Virus record (IMG/VR): IMGVR_UViG_3300002307_000006
Coordinates: 1-53,472 of that record
Direction: 5' to 3' (one strand)
Source of the DNA: a virus
Length of the DNA stretch: 53,472 nt
The translations under genes were made by a program, and so were the position numbers. Under the pieces are notes generated by a model. It worked only from the letters and a program-made list of their open reading frames with translations, ran no database searches and was not told the DNA's origin. This document shows, one piece after another, positions 19,175-26,777 of the stretch (position 1 is its first letter; each line of letters starts with the position of its first letter).

Positions 19175-19358
19175 GGCTGGTCTCCCTTGCCTCTTGACGA
19201 CCGCGCTCAACGAAGTAACGTGCGTCTGCGTGGTCATTGATGTTTTCTTCTTGGAGCATCTTGCGAATGCCCTCTGCTACGGCCCGCGCCCGGTCGGCGC
19301 TGGTGGCCTTCTCGTACTTGTAGCCTGCGTTGATGTAGTCTGCTTGTGCGTGTTTCAT
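19167..19358 (-). CDS. Early protein, 63 aa
   Basis: ORF track; preceded by AACGAAAGCGAAAGGG leader. Confidence 0.55.
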   Translation of the reverse strand: MKHAQADYINAGYKYEKATSADRARAVAEGIRKMLQEENINDHADARYFVERGRQEARETSHA

Positions 19359-19390
19359 GTAAACCCTTTCGCTTTCGTTTCGATTAAGAA

Positions 19391-19404
19391 GGGGCTTGCG
19401 CCCC
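19391..19404 (-). terminator. Terminator-like hairpin downstream of the DUF932 gene
   Basis: Minus strand GGGGC-GCAA-GCCCC (GNRA loop) followed by TTCTTAAT. Confidence 0.5.
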
Positions 19405-19409
19405 CTCCC

Positions 19410-20261
19410 TTATGCCGCGAGAACTTCCTCGACGTTGACCACACCCTGCTTGATCTGGGCCAAGCCATCGGCCAGTGACCACAACGCGCGGTTCAACTTC
19501 ACGTTCTCGTTGACGCCGCCAACTGCGCGAGTAGACATACGGCGGCCGGTTGCTGAACGGCCAGACACGCCACCCTTGATGAGGTTCTCTTGCACGCGGT
19601 TGAATGTTGTCCAGAGGTCAGCCTTGCGGTCATCCCAGCGGTTAGCGCGCAATACGCGGTCAGCCTCAACTGGGGCTTGGCCATCCCAACGCAATTGCAA
19701 TGCGGCATTCGCAAACACTTGTTGTTCAGGCTCGCTCAGTGTGATGGACTTGTAACCACCGATGCGCTCGGCGATTTGGTTGGATGTCTCCAATACGCGG
19801 AATGAACCTTCGATCACGTCATTGACCACATTGCCAGAGTGACGCACGCGAACATCATCGATCACGTCGCCGGCAATCAAACCGTTGGAGCAGACAAAGC
19901 GGAACACGCCTGCGAACAACTGGTAAGAGGATGAGCCGTCATGGCTGTTGACCAAAATGATTTCAGGCACTTCCTCGGTGGACACCAATGAGTTGGCGTG
20001 ACGCAAGCGCACGAGGTGCTTGGTGTGTTCACGCTTGGACTGATCACGCACGCGAGTCTGGCGAACTTCGTAAGGCATGAACCCTTCGTTGCGCAAACCG
20101 TCCAACACTTGGATGGTGGGGATAAAAGAGTAACGCTCGCCACGTGACTCGTGGGCTGACTCGGCCAACACGCTTGGTGCATAGCGTGCGATGACGTCGT
20201 TAGTGAGTGGCTCTGAGCCACGGAAAACTGTTTGCTGTGATGATGAACCGTAACGTACCAT
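19410..20261 (-). CDS. DUF932-family protein (phage/plasmid/ICE-associated, function unknown)
   Basis: Full-length resemblance to ICE DUF932 proteins recalled from memory: ...SRGERYSFIPT..., TRVRD.SKREHTKHL.RLRH, NSHDGSSSYQ..AG.FRFVCSNGL, LNRALW. Confidence 0.8.
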   Translation of the reverse strand: MVRYGSSSQQTVFRGSEPLTNDVIARYAPSVLAESAHESRGERYSFIPTIQVLDGLRNEGFMPYEVRQTRVRDQSKREHTKHLVRLRHANSLVSTEEVPEIILVNSHDGSSSYQLFAGVFRFVCSNGLIAGDVIDDVRVRHSGNVVNDVIEGSFRVLETSNQIAERIGGYKSITLSEPEQQVFANAALQLRWDGQAPVEADRVLRANRWDDRKADLWTTFNRVQENLIKGGVSGRSATGRRMSTRAVGGVNENVKLNRALWSLADGLAQIKQGVVNVEEVLAA

Positions 20262-20293
20262 GATAATTTCCTTCGCTGTTGATTTTTAAAAGT

Positions 20294-20307
20294 GGGGCCG
20301 AGGCCCC
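20294..20307 (-). terminator. Terminator-like hairpin upstream of the DUF932 gene
   Basis: Minus strand GGGGCC-TC-GGCCCC followed by ACTTTTAAAAATC. Confidence 0.55.
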
Positions 20308-20314
20308 GAGTTGA

Positions 20315-20611
20315 TTAACGTGATGTAACTTTGACAGAGAACACTGCTGTTGTCTTGGTGTGCTTTGCGACCAATTCAGCAGGTACTTCCAACTCGGCCA
20401 ACAGGGCCTTGTAATCTACACCTGAGCGGTTGCTCTCGATGTATGTTGCTTTGAAGAGGTTGCCCTCTACAACTTTAGCGCCACCAGCGGAGGCGGCGTC
20501 TTTGATGCCGTCCTTGATCATGTCGGCTTGTTTGGTCAACTCTGCAATCTGAGCCAACAACTCGCCGAGTGTGTCTACTGATACTGCGTTGATGTTTGTG
20601 AATGCATTCAT
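20315..20611 (-). CDS. Early protein, 98 aa
   Basis: ORF track; preceded by promoter/UTR cassette A. Confidence 0.6.
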   Translation of the reverse strand: MNAFTNINAVSVDTLGELLAQIAELTKQADMIKDGIKDAASAGGAKVVEGNLFKATYIESNRSGVDYKALLAELEVPAELVAKHTKTTAVFSVKVTSR

Positions 20612-20748
20612 TTGGTTTCTCGCTTTCGTTTGTTTAACTGCCTTGCAACTATTGCTTGGTCAGTGATGCTAGTTTAATCCCAAATTAAACAGATAAACAA
20701 CCCCTTTTTCAAAAAAAATCAAAAAAAGTTCAAAAATAGGAAAAAAAC
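20612..20748 (-). promoter_or_regulatory. Early promoter/5'-UTR cassette A with phased A/T tracts
   Basis: TGTTTAATTT, TAAACT, GCAATAGTTGCA, AACAAACGAAAGCGA leader. Four A-tracts start at 20711, 20721, 20732 and 20741. Confidence 0.4.
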
Positions 20749-21021
20749 CTATGACGCGTTGCCTAATTGCAACAATCGCTGGATCGTGACATTCAGCGCG
20801 CCCAACTCATCCATCTTCTTGACCTTCCACATCCTGCGCTGGCCATGCCACCCGTTGAATGAACCTTGATGGCAGTCCTTGCAAAGGGCCACAACGGTGT
20901 ACTGGAGGCCCTGCTCGATGTGGTGGGCGTCGCTAGGCCCTGCTTGATCACAAACGCTACAGGGCAGGGTTTTAACGCGCCCTATGTGTTCCCGCTCTTT
21001 GGCAGTCAACTGATTGTTCAC
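20749..21021 (-). CDS. HNH/Ref-like nuclease candidate, 90 aa
   Basis: LPCSVCDQ...DAHHI...LCKDCHQG: Cys pairs flanking HH as in small HNH/Ref-type proteins. Confidence 0.45.
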   Translation of the reverse strand: MNNQLTAKEREHIGRVKTLPCSVCDQAGPSDAHHIEQGLQYTVVALCKDCHQGSFNGWHGQRRMWKVKKMDELGALNVTIQRLLQLGNAS

Positions 21022-21311
21022 AATCCAAAACCTTCAACAGGAAATTTGAAATAAGACGGCGAAGACCCGTCAGGAATCATTGGGGCCGTTGCGCCACCTT
21101 CATTGAATGCAGAGCCTGCGTGCGCCTGCAATTGCTCGAGCAACCCGGCGCAATAGTTGTACGACATTGGCGACGTGACCAACTCCTTGTGACGCTCCAT
21201 CAATTGGCCAACCATATCAATCTGCTGACGAATCATCATGGCTACTGCAAGACGGTGATCACGCGCTAGTTTTTCTTTTGCCCAAACTTCTTGTTCGTTT
21301 AACGGTTTCAT
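21018..21311 (-). CDS. Early protein, 97 aa
   Basis: ORF track; ATGA overlaps at both ends. Confidence 0.55.
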   Translation of the reverse strand: MKPLNEQEVWAKEKLARDHRLAVAMMIRQQIDMVGQLMERHKELVTSPMSYNYCAGLLEQLQAHAGSAFNEGGATAPMIPDGSSPSYFKFPVEGFGL

Positions 21312-21457
21312 TGTTTACCTTTCGTAAATCCTGCACGGTTTTTTAAATCGGCACACACCTGACAACGCCACTGCTTGCGGCCATCGCTGGTGCGTACCTG
21401 CTTGACTGCCGGTTGACGCCGACAGACTTGACACTTGTAGACCTTCTCTTCACTCAT
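21308..21457 (-). CDS. Small zinc-ribbon protein, 49 aa (MSEEKVYKCQVCRR...WRCQVCADL)
   Basis: Internal ATG of track ORF 21308-21655; two CxxC pairs; short overlap with the upstream gene. Confidence 0.45.
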   Translation of the reverse strand: MSEEKVYKCQVCRRQPAVKQVRTSDGRKQWRCQVCADLKNRAGFTKGKQ

Positions 21458-21680
21458 CTTGCACTCGCGAGATAAATTTATCGAGGTGCTTATGCAACTC
21501 ATCTTGGTTTTGCTTATTGCCGATCCAACCTTTGAATCCATGCTTAGGTGAAATCCAAAAGCCTGTCGGAACCTTTGCAACCTCATATGGTTTCTTGTCA
21601 ATGTTTGCAATTTGCCGCTTGCGCCAGCCTTCAGCCTCACGCTCAATGCGATCAAACTCTTCGTCCTCTGGTGTTTTCAT
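21450..21680 (-). CDS. Early protein, 76 aa
   Basis: ORF track; ATGA overlap with the upstream gene. Confidence 0.55.
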   Translation of the reverse strand: MKTPEDEEFDRIEREAEGWRKRQIANIDKKPYEVAKVPTGFWISPKHGFKGWIGNKQNQDELHKHLDKFISRVQDE

Positions 21681-22006
21681 ATCGTTGCCTTCATTTCGTT
21701 ACGGTTGTTTGCTTGCTCTGTACGCCAGATGTCAACGCGAGCCTGCGCGCCAATCAAGTCCCAGCGCAACTTTTCTTCAGCCTCAATGGCAACTTTCAAA
21801 CCTTTGAGCAAGGCGTCGTACTCAGGATGTGCGTAAGCCTCACGCTCCTGCGCACCTATAGCGTTTTCCATCGAGCGTTTCATGAGTATGGCCTTGAGTG
21901 ACTTGCGATACTCCTCGAGGTAAACGCGCTCTGCTTTCGCCTTGGCAAAATTTTTACCGTTGAGCAATATGTAATCGACTGCCTCGTGTGGATCAACTTC
22001 TCTCAT
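21677..22006 (-). CDS. Early protein, 109 aa (track ORF trimmed to the ATG with AGGAGA RBS)
   Basis: GCAGGAGACCATCATG context; helical, charged. Confidence 0.55.
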   Translation of the reverse strand: MREVDPHEAVDYILLNGKNFAKAKAERVYLEEYRKSLKAILMKRSMENAIGAQEREAYAHPEYDALLKGLKVAIEAEEKLRWDLIGAQARVDIWRTEQANNRNEMKATI

Positions 22007-22119
22007 GATGGTCTCCTGCAAAGCCAATAGAACAACACAATCAAACCACCAAATATCCAAGTTGCGGCACCCGTCAAAACCAATACCCAAGTCAAAATAT
22101 TTTGAATTGCATCAATCAT
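22003..22119 (-). CDS. Possible 38-aa membrane peptide (MIDAIQNILTWVLVLTGAATWIFGGLIVLFYWLCRRPS)
   Basis: Manual translation; start overlaps the upstream stop and its TGA overlaps the next ATG. Confidence 0.3.
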   Translation of the reverse strand: MIDAIQNILTWVLVLTGAATWIFGGLIVLFYWLCRRPS

Positions 22120-22633
22120 TTTTTTTAATCCTTCCAGTTACTTTTGTCCAATCAAATCGTGACGACATCATCTCGTCAAAGTCAAAGTGTTTGCCAAAAC
22201 ATCCCCGGAACGTAGTCTCTGTTGCCGAGAACTCCCACACCTTGTTGTCATAGATGTAAACGCGCTCAGGCATCTTGATGTCTGCGTGCATAAACCTAAA
22301 TCCTTTGTCCGTAGCCTTCCAGATACCGCTACGGCTCCCCTTGCCTTCAATCAAGCCCCAGTAAGCCAGACAGGGATACGTCTTAGCCTTGAGCATGAAT
22401 CGAGGCGATTTGTTCTGCACATCGACCCAGCCGTCCTTATCACCGTTCAAAGCAATCCACTTGAGGCAGAGCGCCAAGTGCTGGCTCAACTTCATCTCGT
22501 GAATCTTTCCAAACTTCTCACAACAAGGGCAGTGGCCGCCCTCGCTCCCAATGGTTTCGCGCCACGCGGTTTTTAACTCATCGAGAAAGTCTCTCATGTC
22601 GTCATCAAAAATACTTCGCTGTTTCACTTTCAT
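22112..22633 (-). CDS. Early protein, 173 aa, with HCPCC motif (DNA-binding candidate)
   Basis: ORF track; AAGGAGA RBS. Confidence 0.6.
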   Translation of the reverse strand: MKVKQRSIFDDDMRDFLDELKTAWRETIGSEGGHCPCCEKFGKIHEMKLSQHLALCLKWIALNGDKDGWVDVQNKSPRFMLKAKTYPCLAYWGLIEGKGSRSGIWKATDKGFRFMHADIKMPERVYIYDNKVWEFSATETTFRGCFGKHFDFDEMMSSRFDWTKVTGRIKKND

Positions 22634-22638
22634 TCTCC

Positions 22639-22797
22639 TTAGGTGTTTAAATATTTCTCTCTCGCCTTCAACATTTCGTATGCATACTCGTAAGCAGTTT
22701 CAGCCGCTGACTCGCAATCCTCACCGCGAAACGCTTGTATCACTGCGGGCAATGCAAGTCCCGCAAGAATGTCAATCAGTTGTGGTTCTTCGTTCAT
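22639..22797 (-). CDS. Small early ORF, 52 aa (MNEEPQLIDILAGLALPAVIQAFRGEDCES...)
   Basis: Manual translation; ATGA overlap with the rusA stop; fills the gap 22634-22793. Confidence 0.45.
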   Translation of the reverse strand: MNEEPQLIDILAGLALPAVIQAFRGEDCESAAETAYEYAYEMLKAREKYLNT

Positions 22798-23141
22798 TCG
22801 ATCCCCTCTATGGTTACTTTGACCATGCCGCCTACATCGTCTGCCCAGTACACGCGCAAGTCTTCGATTAAGGCATCGTCCTGCATAACGCCGGCTTTGG
22901 TCATGGAGTCCAATATTGCTTTAAGCAAGTTATCCAGATCGCGACGACGACGGTCTGGCCTGAATGCCTGTATCTCAACCTTCATTGCATAGTCGATGTG
23001 CTTGGCCGCGCGCTGAATCAATACCTGATCGGCCACAGCCTTCTGATATTCGCGACCCTTTGCACTGATCAATGTTCGACCATTGACGTTGCGCCAGTAT
23101 GTGTTGACCGATGGCGGCCAAGGTAGTGTGAGTTCAATCAT
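22794..23141 (-). CDS. rusA: RusA-family Holliday junction resolvase
   Basis: LPWPPSVNTYWR...GREY...RRRDLDN..K...D are characteristic RusA motifs; 115 aa. Confidence 0.8.
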   Translation of the reverse strand: MIELTLPWPPSVNTYWRNVNGRTLISAKGREYQKAVADQVLIQRAAKHIDYAMKVEIQAFRPDRRRRDLDNLLKAILDSMTKAGVMQDDALIEDLRVYWADDVGGMVKVTIEGIE

Positions 23142-23428
23142 GCTTGTCCCCTTGCTTTGATTTTTGCAATCATGTTTTGCACATCATCCACTGCGTCCTC
23201 ATGCCCATCTTCACGCAATAAATCTTCGCAGTGCTTTAACACTCCAATCAATTCACCATCTACCCATGTGCGCTGTGGTTGTGCCAAAACTTTTTTGATA
23301 GTATAAATAGCCATCCACACCTTTTTTTCAGCATAAAGTGTTTGACCATTTCTCATCAATCGAAATGTTTCCTCCCGCACTTCGTTCAGTGCGGATAGTG
23401 CCAGTTTTAATGCTTCATCTTTAGTCAT
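23138..23428 (-). CDS. Early protein, 96 aa
   Basis: ORF track; ATGA overlaps. Confidence 0.55.
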   Translation of the reverse strand: MTKDEALKLALSALNEVREETFRLMRNGQTLYAEKKVWMAIYTIKKVLAQPQRTWVDGELIGVLKHCEDLLREDGHEDAVDDVQNMIAKIKARGQA

Positions 23429-23751
23429 TCTTGTCCCCTACCATCTGGGTGTTCATTAAATTCATCTACAGCCTGTTGGTGCGCTTGTGGTACGTTGCGT
23501 TTTAAATAGCGCATGGCAGTTCTTTTCCAATGAGCCAAATTGACGCAACTCTTAAAAATTATTTCGTTTGCTTCTCTAAGTTTAAGCATCATTTCTCTCT
23601 GTTGTGCCATCAACTCATCACGCTGTTGGCAGGCTTGCTCATACATTGCGTGCAGGGTGTCTATGTCTCCGCGCAACTTTGCAACGGTCAACAAAAGAGA
23701 ATCTCTCGCAGACTTCAATTGCGAAAATTCAATTTCTTCGTCTTGTGTCAT
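23425..23751 (-). CDS. Early protein, 108 aa (coiled-coil)
   Basis: ORF track. Confidence 0.55.
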   Translation of the reverse strand: MTQDEEIEFSQLKSARDSLLLTVAKLRGDIDTLHAMYEQACQQRDELMAQQREMMLKLREANEIIFKSCVNLAHWKRTAMRYLKRNVPQAHQQAVDEFNEHPDGRGQE

Positions 23752-24044
23752 TACTGCCTCTGTACAGGTATGCGGTTAAGGATGTCATTGGCCAAAGGAG
23801 AGTCGAAGTTTTCGTCATCTTCTTTGCCGGCCAACTTGGCCTCATGAGCAAAAGCAATCTCAGCACAAGCCTGACGCTCAATAAAGATTGCCTGCTTTGT
23901 AGTTTGAATCGCCACGGCCATGATCTCTGCTTTAGCCTGAGCCAGCGCCTCTTCAAATTCTTTTTGCGTAAAAAGAGTTTGACCTGCTCCCTGCCCTAGC
24001 AAAAACCGTTTTTGAAAATCTGTTAAATCAACTTTTTTAGTCAT
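23751..24044 (-). CDS. Early protein, 97 aa
   Basis: ORF track. Confidence 0.55.
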   Translation of the reverse strand: MTKKVDLTDFQKRFLLGQGAGQTLFTQKEFEEALAQAKAEIMAVAIQTTKQAIFIERQACAEIAFAHEAKLAGKEDDENFDSPLANDILNRIPVQRQ

Positions 24045-24192
24045 TGCATTCCTTGTTTCGTTTTTCGTCTCTCTCCATCAGTTCCCTGACTTGGCGGTTA
24101 ATGTTGTCGATGGCCTTTTGATCTAATCGAAAGCCTTCTCTACGTTTTTGTTGTTCCTCTTCAAGTAAGTCTTGAAACACTTGTTCGTTCAC
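24037..24192 (-). CDS. Possible 51-aa charged ORF with GTG start
   Basis: Manual translation VNEQVFQDLLEEEQQKRREGFRLDQKAIDNINRQ...; GTGA overlap upstream; fills a 144-nt gap; start codon uncertain. Confidence 0.3.
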   Translation of the reverse strand: MNEQVFQDLLEEEQQKRREGFRLDQKAIDNINRQVRELMERDEKRNKECND

Positions 24193-24491
24193 GTTGATTT
24201 TCCTTTCTCAATAACGTAAAAAGATTTTGCTGGATACTTTTTCTCAATTCCTACAACCCACTTCGCTACAACCGTATTGCCATTCAAGTGATAGCAACCT
24301 TCAGCCACCGTCATGTTGTTTAAAACAAAATACATCTGACGCAAATTAGGATAACGCGCGCCTTGAAACTCACAGACATCACTCATCAAAACAACCTTAC
24401 CCATGGACTCATTCATGACAGCAATCGGTTCAGCGTGTGACTTATAAAACCAACAGACCAAAGCCAAAAAAATAAGCGCTTTCATCTCCAA
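24189..24491 (-). CDS. Exported early protein (cleavable signal peptide), ~100 aa
   Basis: MKALIFLALVCWFYKSHA/EPIAV signal-peptide-like N-terminus. Confidence 0.55.
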   Translation of the reverse strand: MEMKALIFLALVCWFYKSHAEPIAVMNESMGKVVLMSDVCEFQGARYPNLRQMYFVLNNMTVAEGCYHLNGNTVVAKWVVGIEKKYPAKSFYVIEKGKST

Positions 24492-24712
24492 TCTCCATGC
24501 TCACCACGGTTGCCTTTTTTCCACTGGTCAAACACGTCATTACGCAGGTTAGACCAATCGTGTTTTTGTTGCCAGCCATCAAGCCACTGCCACGCTTTGT
24601 TTCTATCTTCAATCCGCATTCTGATTACCTCTCTGACTAAACATTGATGGCGGTAAGCATCTTCGCCCTCGCCTTCTTTCCAATCATTCTTAGAAGTGGC
24701 CATTTTGATCAA
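24482..24712 (-). CDS. Trp-rich early protein, 76 aa
   Basis: ORF track; overlaps the helicase stop. Confidence 0.5.
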   Translation of the reverse strand: MIKMATSKNDWKEGEGEDAYRHQCLVREVIRMRIEDRNKAWQWLDGWQQKHDWSNLRNDVFDQWKKGNRGEHGDWR

Positions 24713-25694
24713 ACGCCATATTCACGCTGTTGTTTTCCTCAAGATATTGCTGGCTCTCACGGTTGTACCAAAGCGAATACCAATCCTCAGCCTCACCGTT
24801 ACGCTGTTTCTCACACATGAGATAGGCGTCTGGAATCTTTGGATCAACGTGCTTTCCGTTCTGTGCATCGTGTTCTTTTTTCTTGTTACGCCACATTAGC
24901 AATACGTTGTCAACTTGGTCAGCAATGGCGCCCGAGCCTTTGATGTCGTTCTTGTTTGGTTGCATCTCTTCGTTGGCCAACTTGCGAATGTGATGAATCA
25001 AGTGAATGTGAATGTTGTGATCACGCGCCAACGCAGTTAGTTCATCAACAAAATATTTCTGGGCGTTGTAGTCATCCTCGGCAGGCACACACTTCATCAG
25101 AGAGTCGATAAAGAAGTGAGTCACACCAAGTTCAACTGCGCAGTAGCGGGCCACGGCAATCACCTGCTTGGCTTTAACGGTTCCTTGCTGGTCATACAAC
25201 CAGAGTTTGTTACCTGCAAAATCCTGAAACCGGTTAATGGCTTTTTCCATAGCATGAGCGCGCCCCATCAGAATCGGTGCATACAAGTTGTTGCCGGTGA
25301 ACTGGCGCAACATACGGCCCAAAGTGCGCTTAGGTTTCATCTCAAACGAGGCAATGCAGATGCGTTGCTTTTGCTTAATCAACCCCATGGCAATTTGACC
25401 GGTGATCATTGACTTGCCGCCACCGTTGGAGCCTGCATAAACCGTTACCTCGCCGGGCCGGAACTGAAAAGACTTCTTCGTCTTCTCCCAAGGCATCGTC
25501 TGAAATGTCTCAATGACCGGGCTTTTTACCTCGGCCAGCAACTCCTCCAGATATACGCCGGACTCCTTAACCTGCTGGGAATGGTCTGCAATCTCTGCAT
25601 ACTGCTCAAAATCTACGTCGCCAGAGTGAATCACCCTGACCCTACGTGCCTCATCCAACTGCTGTGCGCGTTCTTGAATGTTAGACGTTTGCAT
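24690..25694 (-). CDS. DnaB/RepA-like replicative helicase (RecA-fold ATPase), 334 aa
   Basis: Walker A GSNGGGKS, Walker B-like THFFIDSL, IHLIHHIRK; adjacent to primase-type zinc-finger gene. Confidence 0.8.
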   Translation of the reverse strand: MQTSNIQERAQQLDEARRVRVIHSGDVDFEQYAEIADHSQQVKESGVYLEELLAEVKSPVIETFQTMPWEKTKKSFQFRPGEVTVYAGSNGGGKSMITGQIAMGLIKQKQRICIASFEMKPKRTLGRMLRQFTGNNLYAPILMGRAHAMEKAINRFQDFAGNKLWLYDQQGTVKAKQVIAVARYCAVELGVTHFFIDSLMKCVPAEDDYNAQKYFVDELTALARDHNIHIHLIHHIRKLANEEMQPNKNDIKGSGAIADQVDNVLLMWRNKKKEHDAQNGKHVDPKIPDAYLMCEKQRNGEAEDWYSLWYNRESQQYLEENNSVNMAFDQNGHF

Positions 25695-26109
25695 ATCGTG
25701 TCGCCTCCTGTATTCGCTGTGATGCCAGTTTCATTCTGGCTAAATCTGTTTCGCTTAAATTCTTTCCCTTGCTGATGTCGCTGGCCGCAATTGATACCAC
25801 CAACGCCTCAAACGAGATGATGCGCAGTAGGTCAGTTGCGTAAAACGCTGGCTTCACAGGTTTTTTTGGGTTAGTTGGGTCATAGTCATTGGTCGGAGGG
25901 AAAAGATCGCTCAGATCCATTTCTAACGCGCCCACGATGCTATTCACCTCACACCCACCAAAGCAATGCAATAACACGCGCCCGTCGGAGGTTTCCCGAA
26001 TAGCAAGAGAAGGGGACTTGTCTTCGTGCGCTGGGCAACAAGCAGTCCATGAGCCATTACGGCCTTTGACCTTCTCAAGTTTCGACAACAACTCCTCAAT
26101 GTGTGTCAT
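25681..26109 (-). CDS. CHC2 (DnaG-type) zinc-finger protein, 142 aa, without recognisable primase catalytic domain
   Basis: CCPAHEDKSPSLAI...LLHCFGGC. Confidence 0.65.
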   Translation of the reverse strand: MTHIEELLSKLEKVKGRNGSWTACCPAHEDKSPSLAIRETSDGRVLLHCFGGCEVNSIVGALEMDLSDLFPPTNDYDPTNPKKPVKPAFYATDLLRIISFEALVVSIAASDISKGKNLSETDLARMKLASQRIQEATRYANV

Positions 26110-26777
26110 ACGATTCTCCTGCCGTAGCCAACAGCCTGAGGAACGTCGTCTTCCCAGCGGCGCTGGTTGATGTACGTAAGGGGAGCAGGTTCATAGCCGG
26201 TAGTCCACTGCTCGGAGGACTTCAATGAGGTCACGTGAGAAAAGATTTGCTCTGCCACATCATCCAACTTTAATTTGGCCCACTTGGTTTCACAAGTTGA
26301 CTTTGCTACCTTACGTTTTGATGATGGCCATAGTTGCCAGAACTCGTCGAATTTCGACGATATATGTATATTCTTATTCTGTATCTGTATCTTCTTAGGG
26401 TTATCTTTCGGTTCCGATTCGGTTATCGATTCGGTTTTAACCTCAGAAGCGCCTTTATCCACGCGGGTTTTAGGACGACCACCACGCTTACCAAGTTCTC
26501 TGTTTGTAGCAACTTGAGCCTGATATTTGGCTACTTCCGCATCGCAACGATAGTTGTGATACCCATCTTCTTCACGCACAAAAAATTCATTCAAAACCGA
26601 TTCGGTTACGTCTAAATCAAGGCGAATCTTTCTCGAAACCGATTGGGAATCGAGTGGGATAGGGCTTTCACTCATGTAGTACATATCAAGCAAGCGTCGA
26701 TAGGCCAAGTCTTCTGCATCACCGAGGTGGATGGTGTGCGTCAAATAATCTCCAATGTGAAATTTGTACCAAATCAT
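26106..26777 (-). CDS. DUF1376 (YdaU-like) replication initiation protein candidate
   Basis: MIWYKFHIGDYLTHTIHLGDAEDLAYRRLLDMYY is a typical DUF1376 N-terminus; the C-terminal FDEFWQLWP...KWAKL block is common in phage replication proteins. Confidence 0.7.
   Translation of the reverse strand: MIWYKFHIGDYLTHTIHLGDAEDLAYRRLLDMYYMSESPIPLDSQSVSRKIRLDLDVTESVLNEFFVREEDGYHNYRCDAEVAKYQAQVATNRELGKRGGRPKTRVDKGASEVKTESITESEPKDNPKKIQIQNKNIHISSKFDEFWQLWPSSKRKVAKSTCETKWAKLKLDDVAEQIFSHVTSLKSSEQWTTGYEPAPLTYINQRRWEDDVPQAVGYGRRIV
26344..26436. repeat. Ori-like element inside the initiator gene: 8-bp inverted repeat, AT-rich tract, three helically phased TTCGGTT iterons
   Basis: TCGTCGAA-T-TTCGACGA (26344-26360); tatatgtatattcttattctgtatctgtatcttctt; TTCGGTT at 26407, 26418 and 26430 (two of them as GATTCGGTT). 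Confidence 0.4.
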
